This document shows positions 1-13,229 of a stretch of DNA of 64,000 nucleotides, piece by piece. The stretch spans positions 13,826,001 to 13,890,000 of the forward strand of contig CM060732.1 in the NCBI GenBank assembly GCA_030704615.1. The letters run 5' to 3'. The stretch comes from Takakia lepidozioides (Eukaryota > Plantae > Bryophyta). Numbering within the stretch: position 1 is the stretch's first letter; each line of letters begins with the position of its first letter. Below the pieces are notes generated by a model, which saw only the letters and a program-made list of their open reading frames with translations, was not told the DNA's origin and did no database searches. A program made the translations under genes and the position numbers.

Positions 1-5
1 AAAAT

Positions 6-850
6 ATGGTGCAAGAAGATGAATGTAATAGAATTGGGTTTGTGTTCTCATTTGAGGGGGATACGGCCTTGTACGATTACAATTTGGCGGGCCTTCAGCG
101 TTTGCCTCCGACTGAGGATCCCAAAAACGCAGAAGATGACGTGGAAGGGGAGGAGGAAGATGAAGAGGAGGAAGTCCAGGAAATTCGTTCGATGCAGGGG
201 CGCCCGAAGCCGCTTCCCCCAATGCCTGTCTTCGAGTGAGTTGCACCATAGTAAGTGTATTGGTTTCGGTTGTAGGGACCATGCAACCTGCCGATGATTC
301 CCTGTTTGAATTCTCTAATGTACTTCATTCTATGTTTGTGCGTACACTCAGCCTTGCAGAGTCGTCCGACGAGGAGAAGCTGGGAGACTTGCCCGAATCG
401 GACCCTGTTGCAGAGGAAGAGACAGAATCGCATTGGCCATTCTTTGCCAGAAAATCGTTTCTCGCGAGTCCCCAGAAGCCTTTTTTTCTACCAGCCTATG
501 CAGACACGGCTGCCAGAGAAGCCATCAGCAGGGAGGAGGCCTACTCGGTTAGAGCAATTGACATACGGGAATGAGCAGAGAATTATAATGAGGCGTGAGG
601 CCAAACATAGAATTGTGAAAGGCAGAGTAGGGAAGTTTGTAATAGAATCCGCGTCCGAGAGCGAGGGGAATGTTGAGGACACTTCCGCACCCAGGTGGAC
701 AGTTCCGGCTGGTGAGGATGGTATTTTTGAGGGAGGGCTTCTCAGAGTAACAGCGGTAGCGGCAGTGCAGGTTCGGAGGCAGGTGGAAGGCAGCCATCCT
801 TGCATGAGGCCGGGGATGCATCGGACAGTGATAGCGGATCCTCACCATAG
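6..850 (+). pseudogene. 3' exons of the N4/N6 DNA-MTase-like gene, copy 1
   Basis: FVFSFEGDTALY (post-motif-I strand) and an acidic tail. The GTGAGT..CTCAG intron (about 236-350) joins in phase to LAESSDEE. A frameshift follows. Confidence 0.6.
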
Positions 851-1483
851 CAAAGTCTCATTTGGATCCTTTTGTTGTACAGTTCTGAAACACTTAATGA
901 AAAATATTGACGATTTGAAAAATCATTGTGTTCAGACTGCTTGTCCGATTCCCTACATTTCTTCCACCAACCAAAATGTATAATAAAAGCAGAAGAGACG
1001 CAAACTTCATTGAAGAACCCTACAAGTAATTTATGCACACCATCGAGCCGAGAACTTGAAGCCATGAAAACCCTGCCGTTTCTAACATTCCTATTGGGAA
1101 ATTTGGCGCCGAAATAGCCCAATGCGCGCCTTCGTTATATGGGCCTCAAAAATTCCACGGATGAATTACTGTACCAAAATATCGCGATGGAAGCCTTCAG
1201 CACAAGGCACTTCAGCACATTCCACTTGGGTATTTCGGCGCCCAAATAGCCCGTTCTGCGCCATTAAATACCGCACTATATCACATTTTAAGAGGTAATT
1301 TCGGTGCCGAAATACCCCGGTGGATGTCTTCAAAACACCATTTTAGCACACTGCTCTTAGGAATAATGGCGCCGAAATACCTCATTCCGCATCCTGGACC
1401 AGGAGAAACAGACCCTATTACCGAGGTAATAGGACATAACACCGTCAATAAAGGCAGGAAAATTCCAATTCCGCGGATGTCCG

Positions 1484-1530
1484 CTCATGAGCTCATAGGC
1501 TCATGGGCTCATGGGCTCATGCGCTCATGA
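1484..1530. repeat. Subterminal 8-bp minisatellite (CTCATGGG)n
   Basis: Tandem ctcatggg/ctcatgag units next to the terminus; the same array is at 25382-25445. Confidence 0.85.
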
Positions 1531-1545
1531 AATAGTAAACCTCCA

Positions 1546-4500
1546 AAATTGGTGTAGACACTGAGCTCCTTGTCTGTCCAGGTGAGTGGGGTACCAATTA
1601 CTGGTGCAGCGTGCAAGTATTTCCATGCCACATGTCCCTTATAGAAAATATCATCAATGCCGAATTTCTGTGTTGACAAATTGTTCCAGGCCGCTTGAAA
1701 CCATGAACGAATTTGAGAATCCTTTTGCATCATAACTTTTGGGTCATATAGGTACATATGAGGTGGCACCGAAGGTAATACCCAATGATCTCCACTGGAA
1801 TAACTCAGAAAGCGTGTTTGCATCTTTTGTTGCTCAATGTGGTAACGTACCAGAAAACAAGCAGCGTAGTATAACCCGCATCCCATGACAATACTTGCTA
1901 CCTCCTTGGTCTTGGTATAAATGAGTCCATGTACAACCTGGAAAGCAAAATTCCCTCAACATGGTACCTGCCTCGTGCCAGTATTGTGCAAAGTGATGAT
2001 CTTCAATTGTCGATTGTTCGGAAGAACTTTAGTCCTAGTTGCCACTGGCAGCCAAATACGCATGATTTGGTAGTAATGTGCGAATGACTGCGGAGGACTA
2101 AATTCTTTCCAAGCCAAATCCAACATGATGGGAATTTGGTTGAAGGGCATAATCATAGCCCTACTGTACTCCCTTGCAGCTGGAGTTTAGGTGGGTTAAA
2201 AGCGGCATTGCCCCATACCTCAGGCTGTGGTGGCTGTGGTGTGGTTGTAGTAACCACAGGTTCAGCTACTGGTACAGTGACTTGTTGTGGTGGTGGTGGT
2301 ACTGGCTCTTGTATCATTGGCATCTCCTGCACCTCCTGTGAAGACTGAAAAGCCAAAGTTCTGGCTTGTAAATAAGAAGCCATTAGCTGTTCCTGAGGGA
2401 TATAGACTCTTTGTCGATGTTTGAAGTGAGGTCTCCACTTGAGTCTGCAGTCCGTCTACATCCTCTTGTAACTCTGCTATCCTACTATAGACATTGTCTA
2501 TAGTAGTTGTGGCAATGTTCTGCACCTGCAGCCTGAGCTCATTCATCTCGCTTTGGGTGAGCTTTCGTGGTGCTTTGCCCTCTACTGGCCCTTGTGCTAA
2601 CCACCTGCATAAGGCTGTTATCCACCAAGTTGCTTGTGGTTCCCCTGAGAGTTGCTCCTCTCTTAGCTTGTACACTTCTAACTGCTGTTGTAAAGCCTCC
2701 ATGCGCGCTTCGCCTGAGGTTCAACCAATTCGCATAGGCAGCAGCAGATTATTAGCTTCCTTCCAAGCCTTGTTTGACCGCGATTTCATTTCTATTGGCC
2801 ATGATGTTTGTTGCAACTCCACGATGTGCTTCTCTTGATCAGCTTCAATCTGCCTGTATTGCTTGAAAGTATCTCATTGCGACAGATTGTATTCTTCATA
2901 TCGACAATGAGTTTCATTGCTCAACATTCTCTCTTCTGCCTTCGTACATTTTTCCGCTTGACTGTTTTATTTCTTTTGTAGATTGGTCAAGCATAGTTGT
3001 GAATGTAGCACATTGTATCGCCATCCTGTCATGCACTGTCTGCAACTCCGTATGTAGTGCATTCACTTCTTGCAACTTGCTTTCATGCTGCACCTGCATT
3101 TGGTATAGCTGTTGCTTATGTGCTTCGTGCAACTGGTCTTGCGCGAGGCCTGCCTCAATCAATTGTTCCTTGGCCAATTGCAAAGCCATTCTGTATTTCC
3201 CAAGTCCTGCTGCATCTTGAGAGTGACCTCTTCATCGACCTTGTTTGCACACTCAGTGGCTAGTCGAGCCTCAACTCTTCCTGAGTTCCTCTCTCAAGGC
3301 TGTCAATTGGGTAATTGGAACATGGGATTTGACATAAGTCCCCAACAAATTAAGTGTCCTGCCTATGGAACTCATCAGCATTGCCTGTTGAGGGTCATCA
3401 TGGTGAGGTTGCTGCTGTTCCTCCTGATCTCAACAGTGTGATGTCTCACGAACCATTCAGGCCATTGTCCCACCGGATTTTCTTCCTGAACCACTTCATC
3501 TATCACCGGTGCTACAGTGTCATGACCTTCCGCCTGTGGTACCTCCGACACAGGTGTGTGTATTATATGCACCTCAGGATTTCCCTTGGGCAACTGTTGC
3601 ACCTCTGGGATCTCTGTCTCCTTGACCAGACCAGAATATTCATAGAGAAGGTCCCCCTTCTCCATTTCTGCCACTATCTGTTCTGTAGTTGGAATATCTA
3701 ACCCTTCTCTTTCCAAATCAATTATTTCTGGTTGAGCTGCATGGACAACTTGTGACCTTGTGACAAGTCGATCAGCTGGCTGTGATGGTTGTGATACAGA
3801 AGTAACTTCCTCCTCCCTCTCTGAAGGTCCTGCTTCCAGTAATAGCATTTCTCTGTGCTGCTGTGCCCCTTCCTGCCATGAGCTTGGGAAACATTATCAT
3901 GCGGAATCCGTGAAGCCAGTGGATCCGCCACTACAGTCTTTCCCCGTCTCTGCCTCTTAGTCTCGGGTTGCCCTGCTAGTCCACCCTCACTGTGTGAAGA
4001 GCCTTGCTCTTCCATTGCAGTGGTTTCTGGCTCAAACACTCCCATTTCCTTTCTTTCTTGCGCATCAAGTATGCCAGAATCAAGGATTATTTGAGCAATG
4101 ATTGGGCCAGACACTATGATAGGAGACTTTGCGGTAGTACCTTGTAATCTTTTCATCTCCTCTACCAGTGCGTTGTACATTATGTCCGCCCATTGTACCT
4201 CTTGTCCCTTCAGGCCTTTGAGTATTTCCTCCGTGAAGGATCTGCTCAAATACTGTTGGTTCTGTTTCATGGCAATCAGAACGTTCAATACCTGGCCTAC
4301 CTCTTTTAGCCCTGGGTACACAGCCTTGGTACAAGCATAACCCTGAGTTTTAAAGAAACTCCCTTCTTGGAATAAGTCCCCTATTTGCAGTCTTGCCCTG
4401 TGTTCCTCCACATGCACCTGACCTGCTGGCAATCGAAACAATTGCTGGAGGTATAGGGGAGTAATCATCAATTCAACTCCCTTCACCGTTGTTGTTCCTG

Positions 4501-4690
4501 TCCTTGGCTCAAAGTTCTGCAAAAATTGTAACATGTACTGTCTATGGTGTAATGTCCAATCTAGGCTTTGCAATCCTTGCAATCTCAGCTCCTCCAGTAT
4601 CTGTATCGCCTGTGGGGTAGCAATCGTTTGTTTCTGCAGAATTGTGGTGCTCTTCACCCTGATTTCCTCCATTCCTCTCACTCTCTTCAT
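1546..4690 (-). pseudogene. Long extra ORF downstream of pol (plant-mobile-domain-like N-terminus, acidic and coiled-coil regions), frameshifted
   Basis: ORF pieces 3722-4816, 3375-3848, 2914-3189, 2262-2702, 2153-2383, 1956-2156 and 1509-1886 are collinear. QFLQNF..TVKGVELMITPLYLQQLFRLP resembles Athila/Tat accessory ORFs. Confidence 0.6.
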
Positions 4691-5371
4691 TTTAGACTCA
4701 CAGAACTGTTTTGGCTGTAACAACTGCAGAATGCCTGTAGTGCACAAAGCATAAACGTATGGTTGCCGCAGAAAGCTATGGGTAATTTCTTGTAAGCCTG
4801 CGGGGCTTGCAAGCATCGCTCAAGAGAAAAGCTCCGCTCTGTCCTTTCGTGTCTATGCCACTGCGTAAGTAATATTGCGAGCGTATAGTCTGTTAGTTCC
4901 TCCATAGTTTCCAAGCTATAGCATTGATGGTCTGTCCCGTCGAGACGCCCGTTACTCAGAACGACGCCGCCTCTTGCGCTCAATTTCCCTCCATTTTCTT
5001 GATCCTTTCTCTGGTTTTCTATTGGCTGTATCCGCTGTGACTGGATTTTAGATTTTTTTCTTTAGTGGACTTTCCCTGTGGATAGTCCACTAGGATCACA
5101 CATGTGACAAGAATTCGCTTTTCTGTACTTGCCGTTCGTTCCGTTTCCCTTTTTCCGTATTCATTAATGGGCCCGCCTTTCATCCCTTTTGACGGCCGTT
5201 CTTGTCCTCTTTCTTTTGACACCTGTCTTTGCACTTCCTTCTCGCTGTGTGTCGCGCCCTGACCTCCACGTGTCTATTTTTAAAGTAATTTCCGTTTTCT
5301 CTTCCGTCAGCCATTTTCCTGAAGTTATTATGCGTCCACTTGTCACTGATTCTATGGATCGTGTAACTTAG

Positions 5372-5572
5372 TAGGCTGTGTTGAGCTGTGACAGGCTGTG
5401 TCATACTGTGTTACGCTGTGATAGGCTGTGATGCACTGTGGTAAGCTGTGATAGGCTGTGACACGCTGTGGTAGGTTGTGATAGGCTGTGTTGCGCCGTG
5501 CTGGGCTGTGATAGGCTGTGTTGTGATGGGCTGTGATATGGGCTGTGATAGGAATTGTGCATAGGCTGTGTT
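5372..5572. repeat. GCTGTG-rich minisatellite after integrase
   Basis: Imperfect ataggctgtg/gctgtg tandem units. Confidence 0.8.
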
Positions 5573-8500
5573 CCTGCACTGTGTTTTGTTTTGCCCGCCC
5601 TGGTCATATATGCTGGGCCTAGCGACAAGTGCTCCATACTCCGTTCGTAACACTGGTGCAGCCCGTGACTGCTCTTGCGGTTCAACATGCAAATCATGCT
5701 GCAAGGGTTTGTCATGGATACCACTGTACCCCTTCAACTTATTGGCATTGACTCTTCCCAGCATTTCTTTGTTAATGGTTTGTAACATGGCGGTGTTGTT
5801 ATCATACATCTTTTGTATGACATAAGGTCCTTTCCATGGTGATTTAAGCTTAGAAGCTTGAATCTTTCCTTTCTTCTGCAACCATAGAACCAAATCCCCC
5901 GTCTTAAAAGTCTTTAACTTGCCTTCATCAAACTGTTCCTTTCGCTTCATCTGAATTCTGGTCATATTATCAGCTGCATCAGCACGTACTTCTTCCACAT
6001 GGTATAATTCATGTTTCCTGACCTTGATGGAGTCTTGCAATTCCATTCTCTTTCCCCACTCCGTTCTCATGGTAGGTAACAGGAATTCCACTGGAAGTAA
6101 GGCTTCCATACCATAAACTAATTGGAATGGTGTATACTTAGTGGTGACTTTATATGAAGTCCTGTATGACCACAAAGCTGTCAGCAGCTTTGTATCCCAA
6201 TCCGTTCTGTTTGCATTGACTATCTTAGCCAAGATAGTACATAGTATTTTGTTGGTAGCCTCTGCCTGCCCATTACCCTGTGGGTAATATGTTGTACTCT
6301 TTCTATGCACAATCATAAACTCTTTAGTCAACAACTCAATGGTCTCATTCATGAAGTGACTTCCCTGATCACTGATAAATTCTAAGGGACAGCCAAATCG
6401 TGTAAGTATGTTCTCGTACAGGAACCTTGCTGTGGACTTGGCTGTGTTGTCCCTCAAAGCTTTAGCTTCCACCCACTTTGTAGTATAATCAGTGGCTGTA
6501 ATTATGTACCTGTTTCGTGTATTCTTGGATGGTGGGTTAATTGGTCCAACAAAGTCTAGTCCCCATTTCTGAAATGGTTCCGTAGGCATTGTAGGATGCA
6601 AGGCCATCCTTCCATCTCTGCAAAGGTCCTAGCCTCTGACATTCATCACACTTCTGACAATACTCGTGTACATCTTTGAACAAAGTAGGCCACCAGTATC
6701 CTGCGAGTAGTATCTTCCTACTGGTAGTCTCTTCTCCAAAATGACCTCCAGCCACTCCTTTATGAACTTCCGCCAAAACTTTATTTACTTCATGGTGGTA
6801 CAAGCATCGTTTTAGTACTCCATCAGGTCCTAACTTATACATTCTGCTTCCTACCATAGTATAAGGTAAAGCTTTGATAGCGATTCTCTTCCTCTGCTCC
6901 TTACCATAACTAGGTGGGCACTGACCATGAGCAAGGTAGTATCTGATTGGCCACTGCCAATCTAACCAGTCATCTGCACTTCCCTGCACCTCCACTGCAA
7001 AGAGACTCGCATCTGGTAATTGATCATCTATCCTGTGGCTGGTTCTCCTGTTGTCGTGACAAATGATCCGCCACAAGATGCAGTCTCCAGGCTTGTAAAC
7101 AACCTCGAACTCAAACTCGTGCAAGATTATCAACCATCTTGCTATTCTTCCGCTTATCAGAGGTTTGTTTACCAGGTATATCAGAGCCTGGTGATCCACA
7201 TAGAACATAAACTTCTTGCCCAACAGGTAATGCCTGAATTTCTTCACTGCATAGATCATTGCCAATGCTTCTCTTTCCGTTGTGCTATAGTTCCTTTCAG
7301 CACTGTTCATCAACCGGCTAGCATAGTACACAGGTGAATCTATATTCCCTGTAACATTCTGGGCTAACACCGCTCCCAACGCTTCTCCTGATGCATCGCA
7401 GTGAACATGGAATACCATGCCAGTGAGGGTTAATCAGCACAGGTGTAGTTGTTACTGACAGTGTAAGTTTCCTCAAACGCCTGTTGACATTCAGCTGTCC
7501 AGGCAAACACTGCATCTTTCTTCAGTAGTTTGCTCAATGGTGCTGCTATTTGTGCATACCTTTTGACAAATCTCCTGTAATAACTGGTTTGCCCAAGGAA
7601 TCTCCTTAGACTTTTAACATTCACTGGTGGTGGAGAGGCTTTAATGGACTCTGTCTTTCTGGGATCCACAAGAGTCCCTTCTTACACACAATGTGTCCCA
7701 GAAGCACCCCTGAGTTCACACAGAAAGTACACTTCTCTGGATTCAGGCCCAGACCTCTCATCCTGCATCTGGCCAAACATAACTCCAATTTATGCAAGTG
7801 CTCATTCTTAGAGCTGTACACACTGAAATCATCCAAGAATACCTGCATGAAATCATCCAGATACTCATGAAAAGATTCACTTATCACTCTCTGAAAGGTC
7901 GCTGGTGCATTACAAAGTCCAAAGGCATGACTTTGTATGCATAAGCCCCCCAGTCTGTGATGAAAGCTGTTTTCCCTTGGTCTTCTTCTGCCACTTGCAC
8001 TTGATTATAACCACTGAAGCCATCCATGAATGAGTACATCTCATGGCCTGCCACAGTGTCTAATACTGCTTCTGTGAATGGCAAAGGGAAAGGATCTTTC
8101 TTCGTACAAGCATTCAGCTTCTTATAGTTCACACATACTCTTAGTTTGCCATTCTTCTTGGGAACTATAACAATGGGTGACAACCAAGTTGTATACTCTA
8201 TTGGGTATATAAACTTAGCCTCAGCCAACTTCTTTATCTCTTCTCCAACCTTCTGTGCGTAGTTGGGATTCATTCTATACCTCGCCTGCTTGATTGGTAC
8301 TGACCCTGGTTCCAGTTCAATCTTATGCTGACAGACTTCAGGTGGTATCCCTTTTAGATCCTCATAGCTCCAAGCAAATACATCTCTGTATTTGATGAAC
8401 AAGCTTTTAGCTTCTTCGAAGAATTCCGGCTCCAAATCAGCTCCTACTTTCACCATCCTCGGTTCCTCTTTAGTTCCCACATTCACTTCCTCACCTGCTC

Positions 8501-9340
8501 ATCAGCTGTGATTGTCCAACCAGTCACCACTTCATCCTGTAAGCTCACAGTGGCTGGTTCTTCTAGGATTTCTTTCTCCTTCTCTTTCTTCATAGAAATG
8601 TGATGGGTAAATGCTGGTTTCCTCTTCAGTTGGTGTGCTGTCACTACACCACAGCAGATACCTCTCAAACAACTTAGGCTTTCCAGCCGCATCTCTGCAA
8701 CCTGCTCCCACTCTGGGTGTGCAGCAAATAGGGTAGCTTCCTGCTCCTCATCCAGTCCTCCTTTCCAGTCATACTCTCTGACTCCTCGAGGTCTTCTTGT
8801 AGCAGGTAATCTACTAGATTTCTTTGTGGTAATTTGTATCTCGTGTATCCCATTATGCACGTTAGTAACTGAGAATTCCAGTCATGGAATACCCTGGCCT
8901 GTTTCAGCCACGGACGTCCCAATAATAAGGAGTAAGCCTCCATGACTTCATCCATTTCAATACAGTTACTGTGATCATAAAGATCATTTCTGTATCTGTA
9001 TCTTAACTCCTCTTATTAATCCCAATGGCTGTACACTTCTTTGATCTGCCATTGTTACTGTAAATGGGGCTGGTTTCATGTTACTTAGACCAAGCTTCTT
9101 CCTTAATTGGTCTGTCATGATATTTACTCCAGAACCACCATCTATCAGTACATCAGTTAGTTCTGTGCTTCCAATTCTCAATTGGATTACTGGCATAGAA
9201 TCATCAAAGTCCATGACTGTTTCTCGCCCTTCCGGCTTCACATTATAACTGGTCACCTTGCTGTTCAGGTCTGTGTTTCCTGTCTCTTGGGCAATTCGAT
9301 TGATTGCTTGATACAGCCTGTGCCTACAATAAGGTGCCAC
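5411..9340 (-). pseudogene. pol: pol: protease, RT, RNase H, integrase (multiple frameshifts)
   Basis: IDGGSGVN (PR); WLSPIVIVPKK, DGFSGYNQ, FLDDF (RT); CDAS..TEREALA (RH); H-x6-H..CDEC, WGLDFVGP, SDQGSHF, GQAE, GPY (INT). Confidence 0.93.
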
Positions 9341-9356
9341 AGCTAATAGCTGTCCA

Positions 9357-11614
9357 ATGGTAATTTCTGCTTTTGGTCTGGCATATTTACTTCAGCCAAA
9401 GTCTCTTCATTACTTTGCATGTCTGCATCTTCTTTTTCCTTTCTTCCTCACTCCCTTCTTTTTCTCCATCCGAATCAGAGGAATCTGCCACAGGAATATC
9501 AGTACTCTTTTGCATTTCCCTTATAGTATCTGCCACTTCCTTGTGCAGTTCCTTCTCATCTTTCCAAGTCTCTTCATCTTCAGGCATATCATTGCCACTT
9601 CCATTCATCTTCTTCCTCTTCTACTGGAGGTATTAGTTTGGCTTTACTTCTTGTTACTATCATTGTACTTACTTCTGGTACAACACATGGCCTAACCATG
9701 TGAGCTGCCACCACTGGGCCCTCATTCACAGGAGCTCTCATCTCATTCTGGTGTCTTATCCAGAATGAACAGGCTGCCTTGCGATGTCCTGGCTGATTAC
9801 AATAGTAACATAGCTCTTCACCATTGGGTCCTCGCCCTTGGTCTGTTCTTGGATTATTTCTATAATCCTGATTCCCGGGCTGGTAATTCCCCCTTGGATT
9901 ACCCTGATAGTTGCCTCTGGAATTTCCTTGGTAATTCCCTCTTGAATTACCTCTCCCTTCCATGCCATTGTTATAACCACCAGACCTACCATAGTGGTCC
10001 TGATCATTGTTTCTTCTTGGCTGGGGCTGCACCTGATGCACCCTTACTTGCCTAGGTTCTCTTGCAGCTGTCCTTCTGTTGTAGTAACAATTCTCAGTAG
10101 AATGGTTATCCATTTTACAGATAGTACAGTGTTTCTCCTTCATGTGGCATTCTGTGGTGGTATGGCCTTCATTCTGGCACTTTGCACACCATACACCCTT
10201 CCTCCAATGTGTTGCAGCCTCTGTGGCATACTTCTTCAAGATTTCTTCCAATTTTTTTTCATAGTTATCCCTCTTCAACTTCTCCTTTCTCTTACTCTTT
10301 CTTTTTAGTTCTTGCTCTTCTTCTTCATCTGACTCATCCTCAGAGTCCTCATCTTTTTCTCTCTCCTGAGCATTCCCAATTGCTCAATTCTGTTTGCAGT
10401 TTCAAATGCCTCCTCCACTGTATTATGGGGTAACATATCCACTTTCTTTTGCAACTCTGGTCTTAGTCCACTCACAAACCAAGTCTTCTGTAAACCGGTG
10501 CTGGTACTGCAGCCAGCTTTTTCATCATCAATTCCATCTTCTCCATATACTCTTCAACAGTTTCATGCTTCTTCTGCTTCAGCTGTTGTAAACTTCCATA
10601 CACTTCATCCTCAGTTTTACTTGTCCTGAACCTTTCGAAATGTTGTATTCAAGCCATTCCAGGTTAGGAAATGATTATCAGGGAATCTTGCATACCATTC
10701 ACTTGCTTTCTTGATAAGTGAACAAGGAAACAGTCTCATCTTGGCATCATCGCCATTCTCATTGTTCACTATACACATGTGCTCAAATTGGCTAATGTGT
10801 ACATCGGGATCCCCTTTTCCTGAATATATTGGAAAGGGTGGTTTTGCCCGTGTTGGTTGTAACGCCATCTGTGGCCCTACCTTCTGCCCACTGACAGGTG
10901 CTGGCACCCTTGCTGGTGCTGGTCCTTCTGGACCTGTTGTTTTTGTGGTGGATCTTCCACCAAGTGGTGGCCCTTGAGCACTCCCTGCTTCTGGCCCCAC
11001 GATATTCACAGTATTCCCAGCTTCAGTTGCACTACTTCCCACACTCCTGTCCCCCCAGAGCCAGATCCAGGCAGCCCGCCTGATCCCCCTGAGCCGACAC
11101 CTTCGTTGGCCTGTGATCCAAGTGCTCCACTTGATCCAGGTCCAGGTTGGGATGTCCTGGTTGTAGTCTCAACCTCAGCTGTTGGGTCTACTTCTTCATA
11201 TTCTTCCTCTTCCAATTTCTTCTCTCTGTTTTCATCCTCCAAGTTCTGCCCTTGGGTTTCTTCTTCACTCATGTAACTCAACTGTAATGGTGTTGGAGAG
11301 TCTGAACTCTCCGTTGGCTCTGCCACATCCTCTTCTCCTTCTTCACCTTCTGCTTCAGAAACTGGAGTTCCTGCTTTTGGTGTTCCATGCCAACTCTTAT
11401 CAAAGATTTCTGTCAAATCTTTTATCCAAGGATGTACCTCAGATCTTTCACCTCGTGATTGATCTTCTTCCTGTACCAATTCCCTTAATCTTTCTTGCAA
11501 AGAAACAGAAGGAGTGGCATCCAACTCTAGTTCTTCCGGTATGGTGATGTACTCTTTGATCTTAATGGTGTGAGAGGTCCAGATGATTCCCCTATGTCTA
11601 TTCCTCTCTCCCAA
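9357..11614 (-). pseudogene. gag: gag (capsid-like domain plus CCHC zinc knuckles), broken
   Basis: PFPIYSGKGDPDVHISQF..LFPCSL..A.EWY; knuckles CAKCQNEGHTTTEC, CTICKMDNHSTENC, CYYCNQPGHRKAAC. Confidence 0.85.
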
Positions 11615-11715
11615 AGATATGGATAATTAGCTTTCAGATAGCTTTCTCTTTTTGCTGAATATCTCTGGCGTCTAGCTTCTCTTTCATCACTCATGTCCCA
11701 TGTCTTTCATTTCTT

Positions 11716-12248
11716 TTAATGTGGCAATAACCAAAACTCTCTTCTGTAATATCTCTCGTATATGCCTGGGTTTCTTTCAAGCTTCAATGCACCCTTGGCT
11801 ATACTTGAAGTCTCCGTTACCATATAACCATATGGCAAACAAGTCTGAAAAGCTGTTCTTGGTGTGAGTTTGATCCACAAAATATCCTTTGGAATCCAAT
11901 TCTTTACCAGTACAAGCTCTTCATGCATATGAGTATAAACATTCACCTTTCTTTCTTCCCAGCCTTCAAACTCTACTCGCTTAATGGATAGCAATGCTAT
12001 CACATAAACCAATGTGCTCTTCCTCTACAGGCTACCTGATAAATCTTTATCACTCCTTTCTCCAGACCCCATTCCGGATCAGCATCATGCACTCGCTTAA
12101 GAATATTTTCTTTACAACCGTCTGGCAATTCCAAGAACCTTTGAAAGAATTGTTTGGACAATCTTTCTTCCTTCGTTCCACAGGGAATTTGATTCACTTC
12201 AAATTCTTTAATGGTCCAACCACCATGATCCCACCAGATGCCTGTCAC
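11716..12248 (-). pseudogene. ORF upstream of gag, unknown function
   Basis: Two overlapping ORF pieces between the PBS and gag. Confidence 0.4.
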
Positions 12249-12278
12249 ATCTGGTTGTTCATGACTCAGTTCCCCAGT

Positions 12279-12288
12279 ATGGTCGCCA
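12279..12288 (-). promoter_or_regulatory. Primer binding site (TGGCGACCAT)
   Basis: TGG motif 2 nt after the LTR end ...GCGCGACA. tRNA identity not established. Confidence 0.7.
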
Positions 12289-12290
12289 AA

Positions 12291-13229
12291 TGTCGCGCGG
12301 CTTTACTCACCCATCCCTTCGCTATTCGAGGCGGAAACTCCAAGATAGAAGAGTTGGAAATCTCTAAGTACTCAGCCCGCGCAGAACAATCAGTCATGAC
12401 CTACAGCTAGTGTATCATGGGGGTGTTTCCTATTTGTTTCCCTTTTGGCATTCATGTTAGCTACCTTACCATTGATAATTAAGTATCAGTTTGCTTTATC
12501 AATCTATTGGATTCCATCAACTCATCCATTCATTCCACAGCTTCACTCAGATCTCTCTACACAGTGTGATTGTATCGTAAAGTATCCGATTATGATTTAT
12601 CAGGTATCAGGCCGAAGCCATTGTGTCTCTAATCTGCTCTACAATATCATACAGCCTTGCATATAACAAGCATCTACTCATCATCCTCTATCTTCACTTC
12701 CGTTCTTCATCTCTGCCCGATCCCCTCTCCTCCATGACCAAGAAGTCTTCCCCAAAATGATCTCCCCAAAATTCCCCTTCTCCCTTTATCTTCCTACCCG
12801 TGGTTCTAACCGTTTCCCTCACTAACCGTCGTCTGTGAACTAACATGTTCCCTTCGCAGGTGTTGTTCCCCACAGTCGTTCCCTGTCCTGCTCTCCGTTC
12901 CCTATGATCGTGACAGCTGTGTCAAGCTGTGACTGGCTGTGCGACTGTGTTTGGCTGTGTCCTGTGTGTGTGTGACGGCTGTGTCGGCTGTGTCTGCTGT
13001 GACGACTGTGGCTGTGACTGTGACGGGCTGTGGCTGTGGGCTGTGGTGACACTGTGACGGGCTGTGCTGTGTCGGCTGTGACTGTGAACTACTGTGACGG
13101 GCTGTGTAACCCCCCTCTACAGTGCGCTGCTGTCACCCCTAAGGCTCCTGTTGGTCTCAGTCTGTGCAAAAATTAAGGGTACCCTACAGATCCCGTTTAA
13201 GTGTCTAAGTCCCAGACAGTCCTCTAACA
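12291..13229 (-). repeat. 5' LTR of gypsy element 1 (TG...CA, 939 bp), contains a ctgtg microsatellite
   Basis: TGTTAG start abuts the host gag; CA end abuts the PBS. Confidence 0.75.

Larger units (their letters stand above)
1..1545 (+). mobile_element. MULE-like methyltransferase-carrying DNA transposon, copy 1 (right part and terminus; internally deleted)
   Basis: About 40-960 is homologous to about 21595-22500, and 1360-1545 to 25258-25459. Both end ...CTCATGAAATAGTAAACCTCCA. The terminus truncates a gypsy ORF at 1545. Confidence 0.8.
1546..13229 (-). mobile_element. Ty3/gypsy LTR retrotransposon (non-chromovirus, Athila/Phygy-like) with extra ORFs, decayed
   Basis: 5' LTR, PBS, gag, PR, RT, RH and INT in gypsy order. 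No chromodomain or extra RH seen. Inserted into the gag of the element at 13230. Confidence 0.9.
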
